Assembly: GCA_964016885.1 (NCBI GenBank)
Contig: OZ024741.1
Location: forward strand, 302,250,001-302,314,000
Length of the DNA stretch: 64,000 nucleotides
Direction: 5' to 3'
DNA from: Eledone cirrhosa
Taxonomy: Eukaryota
This document shows, in pieces, positions 36,001 to 49,467 of this stretch. A model generated the notes under the pieces. The model ran no database searches and was not told where the DNA came from. It worked only from the letters and a program-made list of their open reading frames with translations. Numbering within the stretch: the first letter of the stretch is position 1; the number at the start of each line of letters is the position of its first letter. The position numbers and the translations under genes are program-made.

Positions 36001-36699
36001 TTCTAGCGTGAAAGATAGATGTTAAACGATGATGATGATGAGTATCTTTACCAATCTTTGTGAAAATTTGCAGTATTTGAGTATGGTGCATATCCCTGAT
36101 TTGTACTTTGTCTGGATAATGCTGTTTCGTGTGATATAGGATGTTAAGAGTTATTGTATATACTCAAATATAAGCTTGCCCTTTATTTTTTATCTGAGAA
36201 ATGGGCAAAAATCCAAACCCCATGTATAAGTTGGAGGCAGCTAGTCAACACATGTTTAGATATGTAAATATAAAGAAAAAAAATAGAGTTCTAAATATGA
36301 GCTTAAGGGTTTTAAAAAATGTGTTCTTATTTATTTGCAATTAATGAATTTACAATACTTCGAAAATGTATGCAAGATGTATTGGGTGCATTTTTTCTGA
36401 CACTAGCACTAAGGAGGTTGTCAGTCATTGACTTAACTGAAGAGCCCTCTCGATCCTATGGGGTGGAATAGGATGGAGGAAGGTAAGAAGAGTGGTAAGT
36501 ATGATGTCTTGGGTAGGAGTGATGAAAAAGTATGTCATGGAGTTATGACTAGTGTATCAGATTTTAGTGATCTTGGAGATTGGAGTGGGGATGATCTTGG
36601 ATAGCGTGTGGGTTGTGGTGTACAGTGATAGTGAGAATAGCTATTAATGAATAATAATGGAGTGGTGGGGGTATGAATGTGTTAGGTTACATCTTTTAT

Positions 36700-38170
36700 G
36701 CTGATAGGTGAGTCTTCTCCTATGCTGCATGTCACCAATCCTCATGGTACTTTGTCATCTTTGCTGTGAGGTTCAGCTTCCTAAGGTTGGTTTTCAGTAC
36801 TTCATCCTATATCTTTCTTGGTTTACCTCTTCCATGAGTCTCATCCACTGAGATTTCTCTACAATTTATATAACTTTCATTTTCCAAACACATCACATGT
36901 TCATACTAATGCAGTCTTCTCTTTTGCACACTACATCCAGTTCTTCTTATACCAAGTTTGTTCTCTCAGCTTGCTTATGCTATGTCATTCTTGCACACTA
37001 ACATTGTATATTCATCTAGCTTTTGTAGGTCTTCTACAGTCAAGGCCGATGTCTCGCTGCCATGTAGCATTGCAGTGTGCAAGCAGGCATCATACATTCT
37101 ACCATACTTTTAGAGCATCCTCCCCCACTACTGATATGGTTACCTAGGTGCTGCACCTGTCACTGGGTATGACTCTATCCTGTGCTACTTGATTTTGTGT
37201 CTAACCAGCTTATAACCTACCATATTAGATGTCTTTAGCATCTCAACAACTATCAAGATGGTTCAGCTGCCTTCCCTACTTTCATATCCTTAGTCACTTT
37301 GTCTGTCACACTACTGTCAACTTCTATGACTGGTCCCTGACTTGGGGTCTATTTAGGTTAGGCCCTCACTGTTATATTTATTCTCTTCATCCAGCAGTTT
37401 CTTATAGTAGGACTTGCATGCCTCTTTATTTTTGATAACAGTTAGAGCAAATTCTTCATTTATCAATTTTGACACATTTTTTCCCCCAACCACGCCTCAC
37501 AACCCAGAACTCTTCACACCTCTGATCCTCACAGCATCAAACATGTAAACCTTTTCTTCTCTGCCCCCCCCCCCCCCCCCCCCGCTAGTTATACCATGCC
37601 TGGCCTCCTAGCCACTTGGTATTGCCCCCCCCCCCCCTCCACACGGTCTTTCCAAGCCTACCAGTTTGCTTTTATGGCTCTATCTCCCCTATTATTTCAC
37701 TTTCCAATTTGCTGGGACCTTGCTTCGGCCACAACCCTTGTCACCATCAGCTGGTTGTCTCATAGAAATTTCCAGTTTTCTTCTATGTTGTAGATGTCCA
37801 CTCCGCTTTCTTAGGTTCATAAATGTAGAGTAAGATTTCTCTGAATTTGTTACTCTAAGGCTGCTGATGACTATTCTACACTGGAAAATACATACTTTAT
37901 CAGGGATGGACTTGGGATTTTTGATCATTCAATTATCTTGTTGAGTCTGCAATCAATTTGGTTTGTGTGTCCATGTGGTAGGTAATCAGGTGGTTTGCTG
38001 GTTTCTTGAAGTTCATGTTACAGATGGTTTTGTTGAAAGTATCACAGAATACCAGAAACCTTGGGGGAGTCTCCCCCCCCCCTCATTTCTTATACTATTC
38101 CTATTGCCTTCATGCACCTCATGGGGAAAGTAGCCAAAATGTTTTCCAACATGGCCATTGAAGTTAGGTT
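36700..38170 (-). mobile_element. Heavily decayed RTE-like fragments
   Basis: Patchy similarity to APE (NGHVG, NHLITY) and C-terminal RTE segments; boundaries approximate. Confidence 0.5.
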
Positions 38171-38918
38171 ATAAAAAATACGGTTGTCTTGTTTTATCAA
38201 TGGAAATGCTAAATTTTAGTGCCAAAGTATTTATGATAATGATAAACCAAAACAACTTCAAAAGTTTAAAATTAGAAAATATAGTCACCACAATGCAGAC
38301 ACTTATAATAATAGTTGAATAAATTTTGTAAAGTACCCCTGTCCAGTTTTTTCCATCTCTGGGATATTTTACTTGATTTATTCAGCTGTTATTATAGTTA
38401 CCTAATGCTTCATAAGTCAACCAATCATTTACTCTTCAGATATTTAATTGAATTTCATCTATTTATCACCACAAAATATACATGGAGATTGAGTTTTCTG
38501 TTGAGAGACCATGATTTACAGGTTATATGATGAGCCAGTGAGGGCACTTCTATGTGGTCATTTGATCAACTTGTAATAGAAACTAAATCTCCCTCAAATC
38601 ATACCAGACTACTTAACTTTTAATATTCTGTTCAGTTGAAATTGCCTAAAAGCGTTTGTTAATTTAAATATGTCTTTACTAGTGTGGAATTTTGAATCTA
38701 AAAATTATCATTCCCAATACTTTCTAACAAATTTTTAGCTTATAAATATAACTGAAGAAAATATCTTATTTTATCAGTAGCATAGCAAAGGGTGAAGATG
38801 CTGTTTTCCCCCAGGTGTCATTTTTATGGGGCATCACTTTTGTGTCTAAAATATAAAGCCTTTGTAGAGTATTTCATTGCCTTCTTTTCTTTTCATTTTA
38901 GAGTGTGATGTTGCAGAC

Positions 38919-39050
38919 ATGGAGTCAAGTAGCGGTGGCAGTTTCCCCAAAATTATGGTCTTTAAACCAACCCTGGAAGAATTCAAAGATTTCAGAAAAT
39001 ATATTAGTTATATGGAATCACAAGGTGCTCATAAAGCTGGATTAGCAAAG
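38919..39050 (+). CDS. KDM4: KDM4/JMJD2 histone lysine demethylase, coding exon 1 (JmjN)
   Basis: [44 protein letters not shown]; donor AAG|gtaaaa, phase 0. An acceptor-like tract ending at 38901 implies an upstream non-coding exon. Confidence 0.92.
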
Positions 39051-39174
39051 GTAAAAAATCTCTATATATTTTTCTTTTTTTGTTTCTATCTTTCTTCTCT
39101 TAATTTAGTTTAGTTTAGGTACTGATATGTGCCATGCATATCCAGTTTAGAATTGCTAGACCACATCCTTGTAT

Positions 39175-39400
39175 GTTGTGAAAGGTACACTGTATCCCTG
39201 CATATTATGAGAGGTACACTATATCCCTGCATGTCATAACAGGTACATGGTGTACTTCTTACGAAAGGCAGGAACACAATGTCCCTGCATGTCATAAAAG
39301 GTACACCATAGTCCTGTGTGTCATGAGAGATACACCATATTCCTGTCTGTTATAATGGGTACACAGTATCCTTACATGTTGTAAGTACACAGCATGTCAT
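39175..39400. repeat. Degenerate ~30-bp tandem repeat
   Basis: Recurring aggtacac...tccctgcatgtcat at ~30-bp spacing. Confidence 0.6.
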
Positions 39401-40216
39401 GAGGTGAGTAAAAAAAAAAGTCCCCAGTGTGAATAACAAGGAAAATGACCTCAAAGCACATGGAGAAAAGAAGATAACTACTGATATAGTATTGAGAAAA
39501 ACTTACCTTTTTTTTAAAAATAACTAATATCTTTTTATTCTAATAAAATACCATAATCTTTTTACATTCGCTTTCCATGCTGTCATGGTTTAGCTAGGTT
39601 ATTACAATCTGAGACCAAACAAGTCAGGTCAACCTCATTTTGCTTATACATTCCATATTTGGCATGATTTGTACAGCCAGAAGCCCCTCCTAATGTCAAC
39701 TACCTTGCAGTCTACTGGGTGCATTTTTTTTCATGGCATAACTACCACTTTACAGAGTATACTAGGTGTTTTTTTTTAAATCCATCTCTGCATATGAACA
39801 TACTGAATGGAATCCTACATAAATAATTCATGATTATGTATTTTGTTTATTAGAATTAAAAAGTTTTAAATAGTTCATATTCAATACTCTACATCTGAAT
39901 ACATTTGAATAACTTTCAGTGGCAGTTTTTGAAATGTGTTGAGAGTGGAAAGTGGCAGGGATAGTAAATAGTGAATTCCGTCGATAATTTATGTTTATCA
40001 CCACCACCATTTAACGTCAGGTTTCCATGCTTGCATGGGTAAGACGGGTTGTCAAATTCGGAGGCTAGACTGGTCAGGTGACAATATCTTGCTCATCCGT
40101 TCTGTTTTTTTTGACTTGGTTTTCTATGGCAGGATGTCTTTCCTAACGCCAACCACTTTAGTAATTCATATATTAGATAATCATATTATTTTTAAGAACA
40201 TTGTGAATATATATAT

Positions 40217-40590
40217 ATCATCATCATTTTACGTCCGCTTTTCCCTGCTTGCAAGGGTGGGACGGGAACTGATTCTGGCTTGATTTCTACAGCTGGATGC
40301 CCTTCCTAACACCAACCTCATTTACAGTGAGTGCTGGGTGCTTTTTTTCCGTGGCGCCTACACGTCCACTTTACAGTGTGGGCTGGGTGCTTTTTTGCCG
40401 TGGCACCTCCACGACCACTTTGCAGTGGAATGATAGGTACCCCAGTCCTATCATCTCATTTCTACAGCTGAGTAAACTGGAGCAATGTGAAATAGTCTTG
40501 CTCAAGGAAACAATACATCACCCGGTCTGAGAATTGAACTCACAACCTTTCGATTGCAAGGCCAATGCTCTAACCACTAAGCCATGTGCC
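40217..40590 (-). mobile_element. SINE family 2, full length, followed by a related RTE-tailed repeat (40591-41100)
   Basis: Matches 12092-12426 with an internal ~39-bp duplication. Confidence 0.85.
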
Positions 40591-41600
40591 TTCATCATCA
40601 TCATCATCATCGTTTAACGTCCATTTTCCACGCTAGCATAGGTCTGGACGGGAATTGTCCCACTTGAGGCAAGATTGGTTGTCTTGCTCAGGACTGTCTG
40701 GCGGGTTTTCTACGGCTGGATTTCCTTCCTAACACCAACCACGTTTACAGTGTGGACTGGGTGATTTTTACTGTGTTACCTACACGGCCACATTACAGCG
40801 TGGACTGTGTTTTTTTTGTTGTGACACCTACACGACCTCATTTATTTAGGACTGGATGTTGTGATACCAACATAGCTTTACATCGAAAGGGGTGGTGTAG
40901 ATGGCAGTGGGGGTAGGGTTAGTGGGACGGGGGTGTATTTTGGTTAAGAGGTGCCTACTGACTGTAGGTTTTGCTTTGTACTTAGGTAAGGCGGGTCTTC
41001 TGTATTACTACGTAGCACCAAAGATCTCGGTCCAGTGACATTGTCTTGGAGAGGTGTAAGTGTGTGAGGTTGGATTTTATCAAGTCCCAGGTTTTTCTGG
41101 GTATATATATATGTCTAATGGTAACTAAGATGCTTCCATATGTGGTATGCCGGTATGTATGTGTATATATACCTGTGAGTGTATGTATATGTATGGATGT
41201 GTACGTGTGTGTATGTATATATACGGGTGCGTGTATGTGTGTGTGTCTGTATATGCGTGTGTATATACACGCCCGTGTGTGCATGTATGCGTATATTTGT
41301 GTGACTATTTCTGTGTGTGAACGTAAGCACACAAGCTACTCTGTATGTATCTGTCAGTATCTGTGTGTGTGTGCAAGTGGGAGTGTGAGCTGACAAACAG
41401 CAGTAATTTTGCCGATGGGGCAGTGGGTGATTGATAGCTCACGCCATGACGGTCAGCACGCTGCTACCATTGGTCAGAATAATGATGACGTCACTAACCA
41501 GTGACCAACCCAAGGACACGCAAAGCGGATGGAGGTGGACGATATAGGCTTTTGGGCTAGAAAAACCCCAGAAAAAGGATATGATCCGAAATCAATAGAC

Positions 41601-41688
41601 GTGTCTGATGAACCTGTGAGTCTAGAGTCAGGTAGATCCACACACGGATCGCACCTCGAGCTGTTCGCCGGGGAAACAATTGTAACGC
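41601..41688 (+). ncRNA. Type I hammerhead ribozyme-like motif (PLE pLTR), sense strand within a KDM4 intron
   Basis: gtgt-CTGATGA-a cctg...(gatcc acacac ggatc)...cggg-GAAAC-aatt-GTA-acgc, with palindromic stem III ACAATTGT. Homologous to the 8617-8920 arms. Confidence 0.7.
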
Positions 41689-41729
41689 ACAATAAATTGA
41701 GTTCCGATGCATCACTGATTTTTCGTTTT

Positions 41730-41774
<45 letters not shown>

Positions 41775-42430
41775 TAGTGCTGATGTCATGATAAAATGCA
41801 ATTTGTAGTGCATTGGACTATGTAAATGAGTTATGGGCTGCCGGGCTGTCTGAGACTTGGTATGGTTCAGGAATGTAATCAAGATGTCGACTTCCAGCCC
41901 ACCATAGGCTCAGTACTTCCGCTTTGAGTACCAATCCAGTCTGCTGATGATCTGTTCAACTCTTCCTATCAGGGAAAGCAGATGTTAATCAATGATGATG
42001 AATAAATTACTAAACCCATGCTAGCATGGATGATAAACGTTAAACGATGATGATCATCATCATCACTGTTTAATGTCCATTGCTCCACACAACCATAAAT
42101 TAGACCAAGTTGTCTTTTTGTGAGACAAGCCAGGTTAGATGATCATGTCTTTCTCATACAGAACTGATTTTGGCTTGGTTTTTACGGCTGGATGCTCTTC
42201 CTAACACCAACCACATTTACAGTATGTATTGGGTGCTTTTTATTGTCATGACACCTACACAACCACTTTACAGTGTGGGCTGGGTGCTTTTTGCTGTGCT
42301 GCATTTAATTATATAAATGCAGTGGCATTTATTAGAAATATGATAATGGAAGTATTAACTTTGATAATTTACTAAAACTTTGTATTTGTTTTTACATGCC
42401 ACATAATTTATTCTTTTTATAATTTTTTAG

Positions 42431-42606
42431 GTAATTCCACCACCAGAATGGACTCCAAGACGTGCTGGTTATGATAATGTTGATCTCATAGTTCCTGCTC
42501 CAATCACTCAAGTAGTGAGTGGTTGTCAAGGATTGTATACTCAATATAACATTCAGAGAAAAGGAATTCATGTCAAAGAATTTGAGAAATTAGCCAATAG
42601 TGATCG
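42431..42606 (+). CDS. KDM4: KDM4 coding exon 2 (not in the ORF track)
   Basis: ttttag|[58 protein letters not shown](R)|gtaagt; phase 0 to 2. Confidence 0.93.
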
Positions 42607-44105
42607 GTAAGTTGCCTTTTCTATTTCTCATTTTACATTTGCTCATCATCATCTTCATCATTACCATCTAACGCTTGTTCTGCCATGCTGGTATGGAGTT
42701 GAATAGGTTGTCGCAGACTAAGTACTTTATCAGAGCTACTATCCTCCAAAACAGCTGGGAAGAGCCATGTCTCACATATGTTCTAGTTTCTGCATAGTTT
42801 CTACAGCTAAATGCACTTCCTACCACCTTCCAGAGTGTACTTGGTGCATTTTATTGTGTCACTGTCACTTGGGAGGTTGTTGTTTTTACCTGCTGCATTT
42901 CCACCTTGGGTTGAAGCAACCCTCCTTAGTCAATTTGGTCCTAGTGAGCTGTCTTACCAGCACCATGTTGAGGTTAGTGCAGACATCTGATTGCCATAGA
43001 AGACTGTAAATGGTAAGCACCAGTTTGAAAGAGACAAGAAAATTGGATCCACTGAAGTAGTCACCAACTAAATAACCATCACTTGTTATAGATCACATTA
43101 GACAGGTGCTCTGTAATGTAACAGCTTATGTAGTTGTCTAGCAATTGAAAGATAAGTAGTTTGTGTCCCAACAGTGGATTTGCTTCAGATAAGTGCTTTA
43201 TAATGTTTACTATTACTATCATTGGGAAGAATGACCTAAAAAAACAAACAAATGAACCTCATAAAAGAAATAAGACAACTTAGTGAACTGGTAAGTGGTA
43301 GTGCCTGGTTCCACCAAAAAAAAAGGCACACTTAGTGCACTCTGTAAGATGATTGGGATTACGAACGATATCCAGTCATAGAAATTGCACCAAATATGGG
43401 GGAGGCTGCTCTGATCTGTCTAACCCATACCAATGTGGAAGGTGGATGTAAAAATAATAATGATGATGATTGTTTTAGTATTGTATTTTTCATTATTAAT
43501 TGACTTCATTACTGTCTACAATGAGTTTTTCCACATGTCTTATCTCATTTCCACTTCACTTTTGATGTTTAAGAACTTTTATATCTGACCTAACACCTCT
43601 CCCAAGTTTTCCTTTAGTGCTGTCCATCTCCATTTACAAACTGTAAACTGAAATTAATTGCTTTCATTATTTGGGGAATCTTGTTGGAAATTGTTTAAGT
43701 TTTATTGTAATTTCAAAACAAAAACTAAACATGAGTGAAGATTAGCAGAAACATTATTTCCATTGTGCCAGTTGGTCTGTGAAAGAATTAATCTCAGAAG
43801 CTTTCATTAGAGTTAATAATTAAAGAGTCAGCATGCAACAAGATTAAGTGACTGGTAATTTCTTAAAACACTTTACTAGCTAAACCCTTTCTATCATACA
43901 TTCACTTGAAGCTACCAGAGTCTTTTTATTGCAAAAATAGGTCAAGCTGCTAAATATTTCAGCTTCTATAGTTATGCTATTAATTATGTGCCTGAAATCA
44001 AATTATAACTTTTGAATACATTTGATTTCAGTCATGTTATTTTACAAATGTTAAATACATTTACATTGGCTTAACCTTGCATATAGGGAAGGGTTATGTT
44101 TTTAA

Positions 44106-44962
44106 CCCTTTCATGACCTCTTTTCTAATGAAATGCACTCTATTTTAATTAATTAATGAAGAATTTTGAGGGATTTATGGAAATTATTAGTTATTTCATT
44201 ACTAAGATAGTAACTTAATGTAAGGTTCTTATATAAAACTAGCTGTGGTACCCAGCGTTGCACAGGATAAAGTATTTTGGAACGAAGGCTGCCAACAGAC
44301 CTAATCGTGGAAAAACTGCATGCCTGGACAATATGTAAAGAAAATAAACTGAATACTCTGATGGCTGGATAATCTTTAAGATTTTCCTCGATGAAGCAGG
44401 AAAAATACAGGTTTTCACCTAATGCGGGGCCCTAGGAGATCAAGAAAATGAATATTTTTTATGTGCATAATATGCCTTGAAATTTCGGGAAAATCGGCTA
44501 GACGTAACGCCTCAAAAGAGCCCTAAAAAGCTGAAAAAAAAATGAAGTTTTTCACCTAATGCGGGCCCTAGGCCATAAAAAAGTTGGATTTTCTTTGCTC
44601 ACGGTATGAAGAAGACACTGACTAATATATAGTTACAATTTCAAGGAAATTGGTCTGACGTAACACCTAAAAAAAACCTTAAAAAGCTGAAAAAACGCAG
44701 TTTTTCACCTAATGCGGGCCCTAGGGGATCAAAAAGTTGAATTTTTTTATGTGCATAACACTCCCTGAAATATAAGTAATACATGTAAAGTTCGAAAAAA
44801 ATCGATTGGGTACTTCTTGAGGTTTAGGGATTCAAACTCACACAGACACAGACAGACAGAGAGAGAGACAGACAGACATCCTCAGTTTTATATATAGAGA
44901 TTATGTTGGAAGATTTTAATCTAAATGGGAAACCAGTTTTGGCTGGGTTGGTAACTAAAGGG
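44106..44962. mobile_element. piggyBac-type MITE (second family) interrupted by a Helitron
   Basis: TTAA-cccttt...aaaggg-TTAA; relative at 60049-60258. Confidence 0.7.
44239..44900 (-). mobile_element. Non-autonomous Helitron-type element with internal repeats
   Basis: 5' TC and 3' ...gcaacgctgggtaccacagCTAG at an A|T site. An empty-site paralogue ttcttatataaaa|ttatgttggaag lies at ~35644-35670. Confidence 0.85.
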
Positions 44963-46438
44963 TTAAAATATAACAATCTACAAAATACAAAGTTGATGTT
45001 CATCTGTTAATTATGATGTTTACAATATTTGTGTCATATTGCCCCATCCTCTTTCTCCAACTGGCCTAATTATTCCAGCTGACCAACTGGAAGATGTATT
45101 ATTCCAGTCCATAAGAAATACATATAAAAGTTGAAGTGTTACAGTGTAAAACCTATTTTATCTGACTGTGTTGATTCTCTACTTCAGTGTATTTGTCAGA
45201 AATGGCAATTGCTCTTCAACATAAATTCCTTTATGATTACTGTGAGAAAGTTAATTGATAATTATTGGGAATTAGTATTGTGAAATATGAAATTAGAAAC
45301 TGCCTCTCCACTCTAGTTTCTCTTTGACTGGTTGGTGTTTTGCTGCTTGATGCTTTTCTTAACCATGAAAGGGGTATATTTATGCTATCATGTATATTTA
45401 GGCTAAATAGAGTACTGTGTTATGCATACTGTACTAGCATACTAGAGTTTACAGTTATGACTTGAAAGCCACTGTGGCATTTTAATCAATGACAATACTT
45501 TTATCTGTTAACTAACGAACTGATCCTATGTAAATTCCATGGTTTAATTAGAAACAACCAAGTATTAAACATCAATATCACATTTTGAATGTTTTAATTA
45601 TACACACTGTCTCTCTCTCCATATCCCTGACATAAAGATATGAGATTAAATAAAAAACATTGATATTGTCACCACCATCACCATCTCCACTGCTGCCATT
45701 GCTCTTTTTCTTTCATTCATACATACATCTCTTTCCGGCATGACAGACATTTTACACTACAGAAACACTAGTTTCAATATCATAAATTATTGTTAGAAAG
45801 CAGTAGATATAGTACTGAAATAATGAGAGATATGTCCATGTGTTTTACAGTCTTGAGTTTTAGCACTTTATGGCTCTAGGTTCTATAGTGTTCAAAGAAT
45901 TTTTGAAAATATCATTGAAAAGTGTCAGATTCTTTTAATAGATCATATAATTCCTTGCTTTGGAAATGTGTGTCTGGTCAAATAATTTTAGGTAGTCTTA
46001 TCCTAAGGATAACTTTAGTTCCTTGATTAACTCTTACCATCCTGTACTGATTTAGCAGAAAATATTTTAAAACGTTTTTGTTAATCCAAATGTTTATAGT
46101 ATCTTCACTAGTTGACATCTCATTGTGAAAATTTGCAGCATTAGATTAAAGTTTAATATTTTTAATGTGATGTAGTCATTGTGCTATTTTGTACTTTTGA
46201 AGAATGTCTTGCTAATGTGGTTTCATGTGGTGCAGAGCATTAAGAGTTAAATGGTATTGAGGAAACCCATGAAAAAACTCATGGTAGTTAGGTCTTTTAT
46301 CAGGAAAGAACAAATAAAAAGAATTTAATATTTAGACAATAATATGTTTATTTATGCTATGTTAAGTTACTTTGATCATTTTGTTAAATTATATATGTAT
46401 ATATATTAAAAAATCTTTTATTTAATTTTTTTTTCTAG

Positions 46439-46797
46439 GTACCATACTCCTCGACATAGTGACTATGAAGAGTTGGAGAGAAAATACTGGAAAAACATTA
46501 CATTTGTTGCTCCTGTATATGGAGCTGATATTTCTGGAAGTTTGTATGATGAAGACCAAGATTTTTGGAACATCAATAGGTTAGGAACCATATTGGACCA
46601 TGTTAATGAGGATTATGGGATCAAGATTGAAGGTGTCAACACTGCATATCTTTATTTTGGCATGTGGAAAACCACATTTGCTTGGCACACTGAAGATATG
46701 GACTTATACAGTATCAATTATATTCATTATGGAGCACCAAAATCTTGGTATTCTATCCCTCCCGAGCATGGAAAAAGGTTGGAACGTCTTGCGCAAG
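46439..46797 (+). CDS. KDM4: KDM4 coding exon 3 (JmjC, HxE iron ligands)
   Basis: [19 protein letters not shown]...PVYGAD...[23 protein letters not shown]...PKSWY...RLERLAQ; phase 2 to 1; ctag|...|gtattc. Confidence 0.96.
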
Positions 46798-46852
46798 GTA
46801 TTCTTTAAATTTGCAGTATTCTTCCCTATTAAAAAATAAATCATGACTTTAA

Positions 46853-47073
46853 CCCATTAGCATTTACATTACTCTGTATTTACTATTATATTTTCATGGT
46901 AACGGCTTTACCTCATATAATTATCTTCCATAATATTGAATCTATGAGATTTTGATATTATATATTTTGAGAACAATACCTTAGCATCAATATCATCAGC
47001 TTGTTACACCCAGTTTGAACAGAAAGAGGTGAGAGAATTCTGGCCAGATATGGTTGGTTTAAATGCTAAAGGG
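46853..47073. mobile_element. piggyBac-type MITE
   Basis: TTAA flanks; copy of 31635-31839. Confidence 0.8.
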
Positions 47074-48143
47074 TTAAACTTGTGTCTACTTGAAAAATTG
47101 TCATTATATTCACTACTACAATGATTGCTGTTGCTGCCATAAGTACAAGGCCACAATTTTGGAAGGAACAAACAAGTTTTTTAGAATTTAGAATGTAAAG
47201 TAATGTAACTAAATACTGCTAAGCAGTGTAATGTTTGCATGCATGAATGACAGAACACAAATGTTCTGGGAGAAAAGCTGGATGTAAGAGGAATCAGATG
47301 TAATGTGCTCTGATATGTGCATAGAATGTGTATAGATGTCAGTTGTATAAAGAAGTGCCAAGCACTTGAAGTAGATGGAAGTAGATGTAACCTGGGAAAG
47401 GAGATCAAGGAAGACATGGGCTGAATCTGAATTTCATGAAGGAGATGACAAAGGATATTGATGACTGGCAACATGCTGTGTAGGAAGAGGTCTGTCCACT
47501 GGTGCAAGCATGGTGAAATGACCGACTGAGTAATGAAGGAGGGCATTTGATCTGTCCATATCCTATTCATCACCCATTATCATTCCACCTCTTTTGCTGT
47601 CAGCCTTCATGGTGTCTGTATAATGAGGGATGACTTCAGATCTGTCTGTCCATATTCAGCACTGTCTCCCTCAGTCATTCACCTCCACAATGAAGCTCTT
47701 AGTTGACAATCTCACTTAATATCACTCATGTCCATATCTAACACCGACACTTTATATTGATGAATGCCCCCCCCCCCCCCATTTCACTCTTTTTTGTTAT
47801 CCATCACAAGCACATTCTGGTTTCTACTTAACCTCCTATTCATTACCAACATCCTATCACTGGTTTCTTTCAATACATTCAAATCATACTCTCATCTCTT
47901 TCAATTTCTTAGAAATTTCATTTTCATCACACTTTTGGTCACATTTGCCTTGAAAAAATTCAGACTATATAGAATGGAGTGGATAATGCAGGGGACAAGA
48001 CAACCTTTCTAGCATTGGTACCACAATAAAATACACCCAGTACACTCTGTGAAGGGGTTGGCAATCAAATGGAGACAATTATGGGAGAGGAGATTCTGCA
48101 GTCTAATTTTAGTAAATCACTGAAAATTCTTTATTAATTGAAA

Positions 48144-48612
48144 CTAGCAGAAAAACCACCCTTTGGGTGGTTTTTCTGCTAGCATGTGTAGTGTGTATAT
48201 TGAGATTATACACAAGTATATATACATGTAGATATGATACATAAAATAAAATCGTAATTGACAATATACACAGAAATTGAAGAGAGTCTTGTTACATTGC
48301 CTTAAGTAATCAGTAAAGTAATCCATGATACATTAAAAAAAAAGACGATATTATATATAAACTGCATTAGGAGAAAATTAGTGACAGAAAATTAATGTTT
48401 ATTTAAGCGATCGCCACCAGAAGTGTTGACATTTGAAAATTTTAAAGAAGTGAATCTTTAAATAAATAATAAAATATATTTAATGAACAGCCACGAAATT
48501 TAGTAGATAAATTATGTAATATTCATTCATAGTAATCCAACTTATTTTACTAATGGGATAAAAAAAATAAACCATACACAATCCCTCAGACCTTCCTTTA
48601 TTATAGTTTAGA
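48144..48612 (-). mobile_element. Non-autonomous Helitron-type element
   Basis: Reverse-complement copy of 13181-13664; A|T site; terminal hairpin + CTAG. Confidence 0.82.
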
Positions 48613-49363
48613 TCGTGTGTACTTCATTAGAAATAAAGTCATGAAAGTTTTAATAAAGTTATAGATTGGAGAAGCTAAAGGAATCTGCAGTTATTAACAC
48701 AGCTATTATTATTTGTACCCTACAAATTGATGATGTCATACATTTTATCCCAAACTGAATATGATAGGTTAAATAAACCACGAGATTGATCTTTTGTGCA
48801 CTACATTTAACCTTTTCGTTGATATTATAGGGAATTACAGGTGCAAGCATGAGGAGAACCCTTAAAAACTGTGTGGAAGCAGCAGCGAGGGCATCTAGAT
48901 TGTTTTGGCTAAAGAGAAATGACCAGTAGGGTCAGTGATATGTATGTTATTTGGATACAGACTGAGACTTGATCAATCTTTGTTGGGTCTCCTGAATGAG
49001 GGTGTATATTGTAAGACCTAAAACACTCAGTGACTCCCATATTATGATGTATCTAAGATTTTGGACCCGTGGATGTGTGAAGAACTAATGATAGACACTA
49101 TAATTTTCAAAATAATCACCAATTTGGGTAGATTTAGTAATATAATTAACTTCCTCATTTTTAGGCTAGGGTTTGGGACTCAACAAAGGTTCTTAAAGGA
49201 AATTATGGTTTTTAGATAAATATAAACACTTTAAATAGTTTTTCTTTTTTCTTCGTAGAACTGGGATAGTTTGGTACCAACATGATTAAATGCTTAGCTA
49301 CAATTTTTAGCTGTTTAAAATTTCTTTTTTCTCCTATTAACTCATTGTATTTCTCTTTTTCAG

Positions 49364-49467
49364 GGTTCTTTCCATCAAGTTTTCAAGCATGTCCTGCATT
49401 CCTTCGCCATAAAATGACTTTGATATCACCACATATTTTAAAGAAATATTCTATTCCTATGGACAAG
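49364..49467 (+). CDS. KDM4: KDM4 coding exon 4
   Basis: (G)[34 protein letters not shown], containing the Zn-site Cys/His; phase 1 to 0. Confidence 0.94.

Noticed and set aside
38877-38918. ORF-track starts at 38877, 46473, 49282, 51099, 51922 and 54123 as separate genes or true N-termini
   Set aside because: They are exon-containing frames starting in introns or at internal codons of one spliced KDM4 gene.
42425-42436. AG|GTAATT as a recursive splice site
   Set aside because: Explained by the conserved K|VIPP coding sequence, and the intron is short; no independent support.
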